A stretch of DNA of 64,000 nucleotides from Clostridiales bacterium (GTDB lineage Bacteria; Bacillota; Clostridia; Christensenellales; UBA1242), in contig SVIA01000004.1 of the NCBI GenBank assembly GCA_015055535.1, forward strand, positions 1,421 to 65,420. The letters run 5' to 3'. This document shows, one piece after another, positions 20,579 through 31,094 of the stretch (within the stretch, counting starts at the first letter, position 1; every line of letters begins with the position of its first letter). The translations under genes and the position numbers were made by a program. The notes under the pieces are model-generated. The model was not told where the DNA came from, searched no databases, and saw nothing but the letters and a program-made list of their open reading frames with translations.

Positions 20579-21685
20579 ATGGCAAGAAAAAAGAAAAATA
20601 AATTTTCATTTACAAAAAGTAATATTATAATATTTTTAATTTTATCTGTTATTTTAATTAGTTTTACATTTATTTTTAAAAATAAAATAGAAGCTTTTAT
20701 TAATAAAAATGATATTTCAAATGAGATTGATAATGCTGGGCTAGTTATGCATACAATAGATGTCGGGCAAGCTGAAGCAATTATGATTAAACTACCCGAT
20801 GGTAAAAATATGCTTATCGATAGTGGAAATACTGGAAGTGATAAAATTGAAAGATTAAAAAGCTATTTAAACGATAACTATTTTGCCTCTTTAAATAATA
20901 AAGAAATTGATTACTTTATAATAACTCATTCAGATGCTGACCACTGTGGTGGAGCTTCTATGATATTTGAAAATTTTAAAGTAAACACGGTTTATAGACC
21001 AAATATTTTTTCTAATAAAGTGGCGAGCGAGGAATCAATAGTTACTTCTTATAATAAAAAATATGTATCAACTAATGTTTGGGCAAATACTATAACTAGC
21101 ATGTATAACGAAGAAGATTGTGAAATATTTTTCTCAAAAAGTGGAATTGAAATAATAGAGGAAAGTTATAGTATAAAATTTTTAGCGCCTACTGAAGATA
21201 ACTATTCTAACGTCAATAGTTATTCTCCTTTAATTGTGGTTGAATATAATAACAGAAGAATTATGCTTACGGGTGATGCTACAATAGATACGGAAGAAAA
21301 AGCGATTGATAATTTAATTGAATGTGATGTTTTAAACGTTGCTCATCATGGTAGTACAACATCTACAAGCGTAGAATTTTTAGCAAAAGTAAATCCAAAG
21401 TATGCAGTTATTTCATGTAATAGTGAAGACGGTAATAATTATGGTCATCCACATCAAGAAATTTTAAATAGACTTTTAAATTACATGAGTGAAAGTCATA
21501 TTTATAGAACCGATTTAAATGGAAATATTTTATTAAATATTGCTACTGACGGAGATATTAATGTTTTATTAGATGTAAAAGTTAGTACAACTTTTATTCG
21601 TGCAGAATATATTTTAATTGCATTAGAAGGCATTTTATTTGTAGTATGTTTTACAGTTAATTACAAAAATCAAGAAAAAAATTGA
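20579..21685 (+). CDS. ComEC/Rec2-related metallo-beta-lactamase domain protein, membrane anchored
   Basis: N- and C-terminal TM segments. VGQAEAIMI...THSDADHCGG MBL motif. Confidence 0.75.
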   Translation: MARKKKNKFSFTKSNIIIFLILSVILISFTFIFKNKIEAFINKNDISNEIDNAGLVMHTIDVGQAEAIMIKLPDGKNMLIDSGNTGSDKIERLKSYLNDNYFASLNNKEIDYFIITHSDADHCGGASMIFENFKVNTVYRPNIFSNKVASEESIVTSYNKKYVSTNVWANTITSMYNEEDCEIFFSKSGIEIIEESYSIKFLAPTEDNYSNVNSYSPLIVVEYNNRRIMLTGDATIDTEEKAIDNLIECDVLNVAHHGSTTSTSVEFLAKVNPKYAVISCNSEDGNNYGHPHQEILNRLLNYMSESHIYRTDLNGNILLNIATDGDINVLLDVKVSTTFIRAEYILIALEGILFVVCFTVNYKNQEKN

Positions 21686-21727
21686 TAAAATAAGCTTATT
21701 TGTTTAACAATAAAGCTAAAATTTGAT

Positions 21728-22276
21728 ATGATAAAAATAATGAATCATATAAAGGAATTAGATATATTGAAAAGCAACATTACGCTTATTGCAATTTGTA
21801 ATGAGTTTAAAAACAAAATAGCTACCGAACTAGCCCAAAGGCTAGGTATGTTTGTTGTAAATATAAATGATTTAATTAAATATGATTTATTAAATATAAA
21901 TGAAGTTATAAAAGTTGCAGGACTTGACTATTATAATAAAGTAGAAACTAAAACAGTTAAAGCTGTTTCAAGTTATGAAAATTCATTAATAATATTAGAT
22001 TTAGACACTTTTTTTAACAATGATAATTTTAAAATTTTAAAAGAATCAAGTTTATTTATTTATTTAAATTTAAATTTTGAAGATTATAAAAAAATTTTAG
22101 AAAAATCATACACCCCTGTAAAGCACTTTGAACAAATTTTAAATAAGAAAACATTTAAAGAAAAAGATATCATATTAAAAAGTGTTAGTGATATTATAAT
22201 TAATATAGACTTAAATGAAAATATAGAAGATTTGATTATTGAAAAAATAAAAAATTATTATAAAGAGGTCTTATGA
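21728..22276 (+). CDS. shikimate-kinase-like protein lacking a Walker A motif
   Basis: Layout resembles AroK (ITLIAI....ELAQRLGMFVVNINDLI), but the GxxGxGKS position reads CNEFKNKI. Confidence 0.4.
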   Translation: MIKIMNHIKELDILKSNITLIAICNEFKNKIATELAQRLGMFVVNINDLIKYDLLNINEVIKVAGLDYYNKVETKTVKAVSSYENSLIILDLDTFFNNDNFKILKESSLFIYLNLNFEDYKKILEKSYTPVKHFEQILNKKTFKEKDIILKSVSDIIINIDLNENIEDLIIEKIKNYYKEVL

Positions 22277-24210
22277 AAAATTTAGTAAATAATTTAAGAG
22301 TTTTAGGAGTTGAAACTATAACAAACGCAAAAAGTGGTCATCCTGGCGTTGTTTTAAGCGCAGCTCCAATTTTTTATAGTATTTTTAAAAATCTTAAAGT
22401 AGATTTACAAAATCCTAAATATTTTAACCGCGATTTTTTTGTTGCTTCTGCCGGTCATGCTAGTAGTTTACTTTATTCTACAATGCATTTATTTAATATG
22501 GGAATAAGTGTAAATGATTTAAAAAATTTTAGAAAAGTAAATTCTATAACTCCAGGACATCCAGAACTTGAAACGCCTTTTGTTGATTGCGCTACAGGTC
22601 CATTAGGTCAAGGGGTAGCAAATAGTGTTGGGCTTGCTATTAGTCAAAAACATTTAGCAAAAATTTTCAATAAAAAAGATATTAAAATTTTTAATGGATA
22701 TACTTATTGTTTTTTAGGCGATGGTTGTTTAATGGAAGGAGTAGCCTTAGAAGCTTTTTCAATTGCTGGAAAATTAAAATTAAACAATTTAATATTTGTT
22801 TATGATAGAAATAATAAAACCATTGAAGGCGGATTAGATATTGCTTATGAGGAAGATACTGTTGCTAAATTTAAAGCAATGGGTTTTAATGTTATAGAAG
22901 TAATGGAAGGAAACAACGAAGTTTTAATTGAAAAAGCAATAATTAATGCAAAAGTTAGTGATAAACCCAATCTAATTATTGTAAATACAATAATTGGTTT
23001 TGGCTCACATGTAGAAGATAGTGAAATAAGTCATGGAAAACCTTTTACTACTGAAGAAGTAAAAAAATTAAAGGAAAAATTTAATATAAAAAACGAACCT
23101 TTTCAAATTGATAAAAATATTTATGATTTTATTAACAAAATCAATTTAAGGAAAGAAAAAGAAATTAATAAAGAAAAGAAAATTTTAGAACGATACAAGA
23201 AAAAATATCCTGAAGATTATAAAAAATTAGAAGAATATTTAAATTTTGGTTATAGTGCTGAGGCTATAAAAAAATTAGATAAATTAAATATTGAAAACAA
23301 TTTAAGCACAAGAGAAAATAATCATATTATTTTAAATAGTATTTTTAATACTGTTAAAAATGTGCTTGGAGGTAGTGCCGATGTTAATACATCTACGATG
23401 GTTTATTTAAAAGATGAAAAATATTTGAATGATGATTTTGAAAATCGCAACATACATTTTGGAGTTAGAGAACATGCTATGGGCGCAATTTCTAATGGAA
23501 TTACATTATCTGGAGCATTGCTTAGCTTTTGCTCATGCTATTTGTCTTTTTCAGATTATTTAAAACCAGCGTTAAGAATGGCTGCTCTTATGGATTTACC
23601 AGTGTTTTATCAATTTTCTCATGATAATTTTTTAATTGGAGAAGACGGACCAACACATCAACCAGTAGAACAACTAGTAACACTTAGAGCAACTCCTAAT
23701 GTATATACATTTAGGCCGTATAATAATGCCGAAATAATAGCAGCTTATAGGTTTTATTTAGAAACTAAAAAGCCAACATGTTTAGTTTTGAGTAAAGAAA
23801 AAGTTGAGAATAAAAAATATGGTATTTCAAATGCATTAAAAGGTGCTTATACTGTTTACAAAGAAGAAGGCGAACTTAAAGGCGTTATTCTATCTTCTGG
23901 TATAGAAGTAAGTATTGCTATAAATATTGCAAAAAAATTAAAAGGTGTAAGAGTTGTTAGTATTCCTTGCTTTGAACTATTTGATAAGCAAAGCGAAAAA
24001 TATAAACAAAGTATTTTAACTGATAAACCAAAAATTGCGCTGGAATTTTCTAGCAGTTATAGTTATCATAAATATTGTAAAGATGGTTTGTATTTAACTA
24101 TGGAAAATTTTGGAAAAAGTGGTAATAAAAACGATTTAAGAAAAGATTTTAACCTAGATGATGAAAGTATAATTAAAAAAATAAAAAAATTTTTAAAAGA
24201 AAATGAATAA
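22273..24210 (+). CDS. tkt: transketolase
   Basis: SGHPG, GPLGQG, GDGCLMEG TPP motifs. 645 aa. Confidence 0.95.
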   Translation: MKNLVNNLRVLGVETITNAKSGHPGVVLSAAPIFYSIFKNLKVDLQNPKYFNRDFFVASAGHASSLLYSTMHLFNMGISVNDLKNFRKVNSITPGHPELETPFVDCATGPLGQGVANSVGLAISQKHLAKIFNKKDIKIFNGYTYCFLGDGCLMEGVALEAFSIAGKLKLNNLIFVYDRNNKTIEGGLDIAYEEDTVAKFKAMGFNVIEVMEGNNEVLIEKAIINAKVSDKPNLIIVNTIIGFGSHVEDSEISHGKPFTTEEVKKLKEKFNIKNEPFQIDKNIYDFINKINLRKEKEINKEKKILERYKKKYPEDYKKLEEYLNFGYSAEAIKKLDKLNIENNLSTRENNHIILNSIFNTVKNVLGGSADVNTSTMVYLKDEKYLNDDFENRNIHFGVREHAMGAISNGITLSGALLSFCSCYLSFSDYLKPALRMAALMDLPVFYQFSHDNFLIGEDGPTHQPVEQLVTLRATPNVYTFRPYNNAEIIAAYRFYLETKKPTCLVLSKEKVENKKYGISNALKGAYTVYKEEGELKGVILSSGIEVSIAINIAKKLKGVRVVSIPCFELFDKQSEKYKQSILTDKPKIALEFSSSYSYHKYCKDGLYLTMENFGKSGNKNDLRKDFNLDDESIIKKIKKFLKENE

Positions 24211-24312
24211 TTAAAACAATATAACTCATACTATAATTGTAGTTTAAAACTTCATATATTAATGAGAAGAAAATATTTTAAATATTTTTGTTTGTTTTAA
24301 ACTATAGATAAG

Positions 24313-24345
24313 AAAAACTCAGTTATCAAATTGAGTTTTTTCTTT
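24313..24345 (+). terminator. Rho-independent terminator downstream of tkt
   Basis: aaaaactcag-ttatcaaat-tgagttttt hairpin plus T-run. Confidence 0.6.
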
Positions 24346-24399
24346 TATAAATGTAATTATTTTATTTTAAAATTTATTATTTTATGATAAAATAAAAAT

Positions 24400-24903
24400 A
24401 TGGATTATAGTAAATTAGATATAAAAGAATTATTAACTCATACTCCAGGTGAGTTAACTGACATGGGGATTTGTCCAACTTGTTTAGATAGGCAAACTAA
24501 TCATTCCCTTTATGGTGACGACACTAAATTAAAAACTTATGAAGATGAAGATATTGAGTGTTTATTTGTGCCAAACCCTAGAAGTAATGGGCATATGATG
24601 ATAAGCACAAAAAAGCATTATCACGATTTAAGTGAAGCACCAGACTATTTAAACGAAAAAATCATTCGTTTTTCTAGTGCTTATATGAAAATATTAAAAG
24701 AAGTTTATTTATGCGAACGAGTTTATCTTTGCACTATGTCAGATGGGCCAATGAATCATTATCACGTGCAATTAATTCCAAGATATGCTTTTGAAGAGCG
24801 TGGTTCTAAAAATTTTGTTAAAGCAAGACAAAAATATGTTTTTGATAAAGAAAAATTTGAACTTGTTAAACAGAAAATAACTGAATATGCAAAAAGTAAT
24901 TAA
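24400..24903 (+). CDS. HIT family hydrolase-like protein
   Basis: NHYHVQLIPR histidine-triad motif near the C-terminus. N-terminal CxxC. Confidence 0.75.
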   Translation: MDYSKLDIKELLTHTPGELTDMGICPTCLDRQTNHSLYGDDTKLKTYEDEDIECLFVPNPRSNGHMMISTKKHYHDLSEAPDYLNEKIIRFSSAYMKILKEVYLCERVYLCTMSDGPMNHYHVQLIPRYAFEERGSKNFVKARQKYVFDKEKFELVKQKITEYAKSN

Positions 24904-25094
24904 GTTGTAATTTTTATTATTTAATAAATAAAAATATTTAATAAAATTTAAAAAATATGAATATTGAAAAGAATATTAACATATAATATAATTGTAGCGA
25001 AGTGCTACACAAAAAAGATGGCTTTATCAAATAGCCATCTTTTTTATGATAAATTATAATTTTTAAAATTTACACAATTATAATTATTTAAAAT

Positions 25095-25301
25095 TTAATC
25101 TTCTAAACCTAGTAAATAATCAGTTGATACGCCAAAAAATTGAGATAGGTTTATAATAAAAGTTGCTTTTGGTTCATTAATTGCTTTTTCCCAAAAGTCT
25201 ATTGCTTTTTGCGTAACACCTATTTCTTTTGCAAGGCTTGATTGCGATAAACCTTTTTCTAATCTAAGTTCATAAATTCTTTTAGAATAATTTGATTTCA
25301 T
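25095..25301 (-). CDS. XRE family HTH transcriptional regulator
   Basis: IYELRLEKGLSQSSLAKEIGVTQKAIDFWE HTH_3 signature, 68 aa. Confidence 0.85.
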   Translation of the reverse strand: MKSNYSKRIYELRLEKGLSQSSLAKEIGVTQKAIDFWEKAINEPKATFIINLSQFFGVSTDYLLGLED

Positions 25302-25334
25302 AATAATATGATAGTAGAAAAATACTTAAAATGG

Positions 25335-25364
25335 TTGACTTAGTAGTATTCTACTTGATATAAT
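25335..25364 (+). promoter_or_regulatory. promoter with embedded inverted repeat (possible XRE operator)
   Basis: TTGACT, 18 nt spacer, TATAAT. The spacer contains AGTAG-TATT-CTACT. Confidence 0.4.
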
Positions 25365-25406
25365 AAGTATGTTTAATAAACAAATTTTTATACAAAGGAG
25401 GAAATA

Positions 25407-25979
25407 ATGAGAGGTTTTTCTAAAGGGTATTTTATAGCTGTGTTTATTATGTCACTTTTAATGGCAATAACTGGCATTATTGGAGGATTAATATTATTAG
25501 GTATGGCTTTTACTATTCCTTACGGAATGGGTGTGTATCTACTTATAGCAGTTCCGGTAGTTATAATTGGAATATTCTCAATTTTAGCCTGTGTTAAATT
25601 TATTAAAGCTATATCTATGACAGATGAAGAATTGGTTAAACAAAGAAAAAAAATATTGGGATATGGAATTTTTATTGCCTTAGTTTACTCAGCAACATTA
25701 TTTGGACTAATTGTTATTTTAATTTGTGCAATTAGTGTAAATAAACAAATTAAAAATATTGAAAATGGTAATTTAGATAAGGCTAATAGAACTTTTGGAG
25801 CAGCAGTAAAAGATTCTGCTCAAAGTGTTGTAGATGGAACAAAAGAAGTAATAGGTATTAAAAGTAAAACTGAAAGATTAAAAGAAGATATTGCAGAACT
25901 AAAATCATTATTAGATATGGGAATTATTACTGAAGAAGAGTATAATATAAAAAGAAGTGATTTAGTTGCAAAATTTTAA
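25407..25979 (+). CDS. multi-TM membrane protein with C-terminal SHOCT domain
   Basis: Four hydrophobic helices. C-terminal LKSLLDMGIITEEEYNIKRSDL matches the SHOCT short oligomerisation motif. Confidence 0.7.
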   Translation: MRGFSKGYFIAVFIMSLLMAITGIIGGLILLGMAFTIPYGMGVYLLIAVPVVIIGIFSILACVKFIKAISMTDEELVKQRKKILGYGIFIALVYSATLFGLIVILICAISVNKQIKNIENGNLDKANRTFGAAVKDSAQSVVDGTKEVIGIKSKTERLKEDIAELKSLLDMGIITEEEYNIKRSDLVAKF

Positions 25980-26003
25980 AAAAAACCACATTTAGTGGTT
26001 TTT

Positions 26004-29000
26004 TTATTTTAAAATAGTAGATAGTTTTTTATAAAACTCAAATTCATCTTGTTTTTGTTTTAAAATTTGTTGGAAAGTTTCTTCGGTAATATTAGAATAT
26101 CTACCTTCGCCTAAAATAAAATCATTTAAATAATCAAAGTTAGGTGTACTATCTAGTGTTAAAGTTTTATTTTTAAAAGTTAACAAATTAAAGTAACCGC
26201 TTTTAACCGCATTAATACTTTCTTGTAAGCTATTTTCCATTTTAATTTTATGATTTAAACAAGGAGAGTAAGCTACAATAACACTAGGGCCATTATGATT
26301 AACAGCATCAATTAAACTATTTATACATTGGTTTTTATTTGCCCCCAAACATACCTTTGCAAAATATAAATTGTCGTATTGCATTAAAGAAAGGAATAAA
26401 TCTTTTTTCTTATAATTTTTGCTATTTGTATATTTTGTTTTAGCTCCATATCCTGTTGCTTTACTACTTTGTCCGCCAGTGTTAGAATATACTTCGTTAT
26501 CTAGAATTAAAATGTTTACATTTTTATTACTTGCAACAATATGATCTAGACCAGAAAAATCAATATCATATGCCCAGCCGTCTCCACCAACTATAAAGTG
26601 AACAAGCGGCATTAAAAAGTTGCTATTTTTAAAATTTTCATCAAATTCATTTTCACTTGTTAATTTACACATGTTAATATAGGCATTTTTACATATTTCA
26701 AAGTTTTCATAATTTTCAAGTATATTTTGAGCTTCTTGTTTAAATTTTTCACTCAATAAGTTAATATTTAAATTATCAAAATAATTTTTTCTGCTTAATT
26801 TATAACCTTCAGTTAAGCCATAACCGAATTCAAAATTATCTTCAAATAAATTACTTACAAAACTTGTGCCTAAATTATTTTTATTTTTAATAAACGGACT
26901 ACAACTACTATCTCCGTTGTAAATGCTAGAACAACCTGTTGCGTTACTATAAACTAGATGCTCTCCAAAAAGTTTGCCAAGTAATTTATAGTAAATTGTT
27001 TCACAACAACCAGTACAAGATATACAATTAGAATAATAATCTTCTTTAAAAGCAAGGTCTTTAATATTATTTTCTTGTTTAGATAAGTTTGTTAAGCTGT
27101 TAAAGAATTCAGTATTACTATTTAAATAATCACTTAAGTGTAAGGCTTTACTAGGGCACATTTTAACACAATTTCCACAACCGGTACATTTGTTAGTATC
27201 AATATTTAAACAAAATGCCTGATCATTTTTTAGTTTTATATATTTAAAATCTATAGGTGCATTTATTAATTCTTTAATATCGACTAGTTTTAAATTTATT
27301 GCACTGTGTGGACAAATTAATGCACAATTTGTACATCGTATACACTTATTGTTATCACAGTCAGCCTTTAATGAATTTATAAAATGCTGTCCAAAATTTT
27401 CATTTAAAAATTCGCCGTTTGCTTTAAAATCTGAAACTTTTATTTCTTTTAATTCGTTTAGAGTTACTTTTAAATTTTTCCATTCATTAGAATAAAGGTA
27501 TCTTTTTACAAAAGTTGCAATTTCATCTAAATAATTGCTTTCTATATTGTATTGTTTTTTACTTTCAAGTTTTAATTTGCTGATTGCATCATCATAATCA
27601 ATAAAATCGAGCAAGTTAAACATACCAGCTAACATAATTAAATTGATTTTGTTTCCCAAATTTTGCTCTTTGGCTATTTTTTGAGCGTCAAGAATAAATA
27701 TTTTACAGTTTTTGTTTGCAATTTTATATTTTATTTCATTATTAAAAGCTTCATCTAAATTTTTATTTGTATTAATTAATATTGTTGCATTGTTATTGAT
27801 TGTATCAATTAAAGGGTAGTTATATAATAAATTAACATCATTAACAATTACAAAATCATAGGAATTTAATTTATAATTAATATTTATTTTATCTTTACAA
27901 ATCAACATTTCGCTTTGTGTTAAGTTACCACTTTTTTTACTATCGTAATAAAAATTTCCACTAACATAATTCCCAGTTAAACTTCCAATTATTTTAATGG
28001 CGTTTTTTGTTGCACTAACGCTTCCATCATTACCAACGCCGTAAGTTATAACTTTAAAGATGTTATCATTCTTAATATCTACGTTTTCTACTTTTAACGA
28101 AGTATTTAAAATATCATCATTAATTCCAATAGTGAAGTGGTCAACTTGTGAGTATTCCATATTTTTAAAAATACTAAGTGCCATTTTAACATTAAAATCT
28201 TTCCCACCAAGGCCATAGCGACCTGCTAAAACCTTTATATTTGTATCTTTCAAAGATGCTATAACATTTAATGCTAAAGGTTCGTAAATACTACCACATT
28301 CTTTGGTTCTATCTAAAACTGTTATTGTTTTTGTGTTTTTAGGTAAAACCTTCAAAAATTCTTCTTTAATAAATGGATTAAATACGTTAACAGAAATTAC
28401 ACCATAATCATCGTTTAAGTAATTTAAGCTTTCAATTACAGTTTCAACGCTACTACCCATACAAACAATTATTTTTGTTGCTGTTTCGCTGCCATAATAA
28501 TCAAATACATTATATTTTCTATCTGTTTCTTTATAAAATTCATTAAAACACTCATTAATAACATTTGGTAGTTTTTCATAATAACTACTAATTGCTTCAC
28601 GGTTTTCAAAAAATGCATCTTGGTTTTGATTAGTGCCTAATGTTTTAGGGTTAATATTTGTTAAGCTTGTTTGCTTGAAATCTTGAAACTCTTTAAAAGG
28701 AAATAAGTTTAAAATATTATTGTCACTTAATTCTTCAATAGTATCAATTTTATGTGATGTAATAAAGCCATCAAAAAAATGCATTACAGGAATTTTGCTT
28801 TTTAATGTGATCATATTAGCAAGTAAGGCAAAATCTTCAACCATTTGATTATTTCGTGAGCATAGCATAGTAAAACCAGTTTGACGAGTAGCATAAATAT
28901 CACTATGGTCACAAAAAATATTTAATGCATGAGTTGATAAACTACGTGAAGCTACAGTTAGAACGAAAGGCTTTAAACTACTAGCCATTTTATACATATT

Positions 29001-29276
29001 TGGTATCATAAGTAGTAATCCTTGGCTAGAAGTAAAAGTTGTAGAATATAATCCGCTATTTAAAGCGCCAAAAGAACTAGATATTGCTCCAAGTTCACTT
29101 TGCATAATATCTACTTTTACATTATTACCAAATAAGTTTTTTTCTCCTCTTTCGCTTTTTAACGAAACTTGCTCACCAATATTGCTAGATGGCGTTATTG
29201 GATAAATTGCACTATATTCACTTGTTTTATAGCTAATTTTTGCTACGCTACTTAATGCGTCGGTTATAATTTTCAT
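26004..29276 (-). CDS. nifJ: pyruvate:ferredoxin (flavodoxin) oxidoreductase
   Basis: Single-chain PFOR layout, two CxxCxxCxxxCP ferredoxin motifs, C-terminal TPP domain GGDGWAYDIDF. Confidence 0.9.
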   Translation of the reverse strand: MKIITDALSSVAKISYKTSEYSAIYPITPSSNIGEQVSLKSERGEKNLFGNNVKVDIMQSELGAISSSFGALNSGLYSTTFTSSQGLLLMIPNMYKMASSLKPFVLTVASRSLSTHALNIFCDHSDIYATRQTGFTMLCSRNNQMVEDFALLANMITLKSKIPVMHFFDGFITSHKIDTIEELSDNNILNLFPFKEFQDFKQTSLTNINPKTLGTNQNQDAFFENREAISSYYEKLPNVINECFNEFYKETDRKYNVFDYYGSETATKIIVCMGSSVETVIESLNYLNDDYGVISVNVFNPFIKEEFLKVLPKNTKTITVLDRTKECGSIYEPLALNVIASLKDTNIKVLAGRYGLGGKDFNVKMALSIFKNMEYSQVDHFTIGINDDILNTSLKVENVDIKNDNIFKVITYGVGNDGSVSATKNAIKIIGSLTGNYVSGNFYYDSKKSGNLTQSEMLICKDKININYKLNSYDFVIVNDVNLLYNYPLIDTINNNATILINTNKNLDEAFNNEIKYKIANKNCKIFILDAQKIAKEQNLGNKINLIMLAGMFNLLDFIDYDDAISKLKLESKKQYNIESNYLDEIATFVKRYLYSNEWKNLKVTLNELKEIKVSDFKANGEFLNENFGQHFINSLKADCDNNKCIRCTNCALICPHSAINLKLVDIKELINAPIDFKYIKLKNDQAFCLNIDTNKCTGCGNCVKMCPSKALHLSDYLNSNTEFFNSLTNLSKQENNIKDLAFKEDYYSNCISCTGCCETIYYKLLGKLFGEHLVYSNATGCSSIYNGDSSCSPFIKNKNNLGTSFVSNLFEDNFEFGYGLTEGYKLSRKNYFDNLNINLLSEKFKQEAQNILENYENFEICKNAYINMCKLTSENEFDENFKNSNFLMPLVHFIVGGDGWAYDIDFSGLDHIVASNKNVNILILDNEVYSNTGGQSSKATGYGAKTKYTNSKNYKKKDLFLSLMQYDNLYFAKVCLGANKNQCINSLIDAVNHNGPSVIVAYSPCLNHKIKMENSLQESINAVKSGYFNLLTFKNKTLTLDSTPNFDYLNDFILGEGRYSNITEETFQQILKQKQDEFEFYKKLSTILK

Positions 29277-29371
29277 AAATAAAAAACTCCTAAAAAAATT
29301 ATAAAAAAATAAAAAATAAAAGTCAAATAATTATGATTGATAAAATGGCTTAATTTTGTTATAATTAAAAT

Positions 29372-30121
29372 ATGAAAAATATTAAATTAGAAATAATGTT
29401 TAATGGATTAAATTATTTTGGTTTTCAAAAGCAACCAGATAAACCAACAATTCAAGGTGAAATTGAAAATGCACTTTTTAAATTGTTTAATACTAAAATT
29501 GATTTAATTTATAGTGGACGAACCGATAGAGGTGTTAGTGCAAAAAAAATGGTGGCTAATTTTTTGGTGGATACCCAAATTGAACCTATTAAAATATCGT
29601 TTGCACTAAATCAATTTTTACCAGAAGATATAAAAATATTAAATAGTAGTGAAGAAAAATTAGATTTTCATTCTAGAAAAAGTGCTAAAAATAAAACATA
29701 TTGTTATAGTTTATATGTTTCTAAAATAAATTTGCCAATGTATGTACATGAGACCATGTTTAAAACAAAATTAAATTATAACAAAATGAAACAAGCAATA
29801 AAGAAATTTAAAGGTAAGCATGACTTTACTAGTTTTGTTACTCCCAGCTGTGAAATAGAAGATAAAATTAGAACAATAAGTAAATCAAAAATTAAAAGAA
29901 AAATTGAGAATGGAATTACTCATTATAAATTTTATTTTACAGGGAACGGATTTTTATATAATCAAGTTCGTATTATGGTTGGCACAATAATATTAGCTGG
30001 ATTAAATAAAATTAAACCAAGTGATATTAAGAAAATTATTAAGGGAAAAAACAGAAGTTTGGCTGGAAGTGTTATGCCACCAGAAGGGCTATGTCTAGAA
30101 AATGTTGAATATAATAATTAA
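29372..30121 (+). CDS. truA: tRNA pseudouridine38-40 synthase
   Basis: GFQKQP, SGRTDRGVSA catalytic Asp motif, FLYNQVR. Confidence 0.9.
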   Translation: MKNIKLEIMFNGLNYFGFQKQPDKPTIQGEIENALFKLFNTKIDLIYSGRTDRGVSAKKMVANFLVDTQIEPIKISFALNQFLPEDIKILNSSEEKLDFHSRKSAKNKTYCYSLYVSKINLPMYVHETMFKTKLNYNKMKQAIKKFKGKHDFTSFVTPSCEIEDKIRTISKSKIKRKIENGITHYKFYFTGNGFLYNQVRIMVGTIILAGLNKIKPSDIKKIIKGKNRSLAGSVMPPEGLCLENVEYNN

Positions 30122-30214
30122 TAAATATTACCAAAAATTATTTATCTCATTTTTTTGACAAAAATATTTAAAATGTAGTAAAATTTAAATGTAATATTAT
30201 TTTAGGAGAAAATT

Positions 30215-31084
30215 ATGAAAACTTTAATTTCAACAGATACATCTTGTTTGATTAATTATGACAGTTTAAAAAAATATGATATTAGTGTTTTTCCATTAAA
30301 TGTTATAATAGATGGTGAAGAATTTTTGGATGGAATTACTATTAATCAAGATGAACTAAAGGATGCTATGCGTTCAAATAAAAAAATTAAAACTTCAACT
30401 CCACCATTAGGTGAAGTTATTGAATATTTTGAAAAGCTTTTTGAAAAGGGGTATGATCATATTATTCATTTTACTATTTCAAGTAAGCTTTCATCTATGA
30501 ATCAATTATTTAATAATGTAGCAGAAGAATATTTTAAAGGGAAAATTACGGTTATAGATTCATACGGACTTTCTACAACAATGTTATCTCACGTTTTTTA
30601 TGCATATGATGAAGCTAAAAAAGGAACTGAAATTTCTGAAATTGTTAAAAACATAGAAGAAAGAAAAATTAACGATTACATAGTGTTTATTCCAGAAAAC
30701 TTAGTTGCATTAAAAAATGGTGGAAGAATTTCTCCTTCGGTTGCACTAATTGGAAATATGTTAGGAATTAAACCTCTTTTAAATTTAACTGACGGTGAAT
30801 TAAAAAAAGAATCTATGGTTAAAAATTCTAAAAAAGCACTAGCTGATAAATTAGATAACCTAACTCAAAAATTATTACCTAGTGAATATGACTATACTTT
30901 CATTGATTTTGATGGAAATGCTAACACTGTAAATTGGGTATGTGAATATGCTGAAAAACTAGGGCTTTCTTTAAATAAAGGTATTATCCCAATTAATGTT
31001 TGTGCTCACTGTGGGCCTGGAACAATTGGACTAGTAGTTTCTAAAAAAATCAATGACAAATCTTTAAAAGATTTTATTAACTAA
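30215..31084 (+). CDS. DegV family fatty-acid-binding protein
   Basis: TDTSC..., TSTPP, GGRIS, HCGPG motifs typical of DegV. Confidence 0.9.
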   Translation: MKTLISTDTSCLINYDSLKKYDISVFPLNVIIDGEEFLDGITINQDELKDAMRSNKKIKTSTPPLGEVIEYFEKLFEKGYDHIIHFTISSKLSSMNQLFNNVAEEYFKGKITVIDSYGLSTTMLSHVFYAYDEAKKGTEISEIVKNIEERKINDYIVFIPENLVALKNGGRISPSVALIGNMLGIKPLLNLTDGELKKESMVKNSKKALADKLDNLTQKLLPSEYDYTFIDFDGNANTVNWVCEYAEKLGLSLNKGIIPINVCAHCGPGTIGLVVSKKINDKSLKDFIN

Positions 31085-31094
31085 AGGAAAATAT

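Noticed and set aside
24239-24304. 11-nt inverted repeat GTAGTTTAAAAC / GTTTTAAACTA(T) downstream of tkt
   Set aside because: The arms are very AT-rich and the loop is ~45 nt. In this composition such matches are expected by chance, and no associated feature is present.
26004-29276. PFOR looks ~80 aa shorter than typical ~1170-aa enzymes, which might indicate truncation
   Set aside because: The ORF is uninterrupted with all major motifs present (two 4Fe-4S clusters and the TPP domain). Without an alignment I cannot show that any domain is missing.
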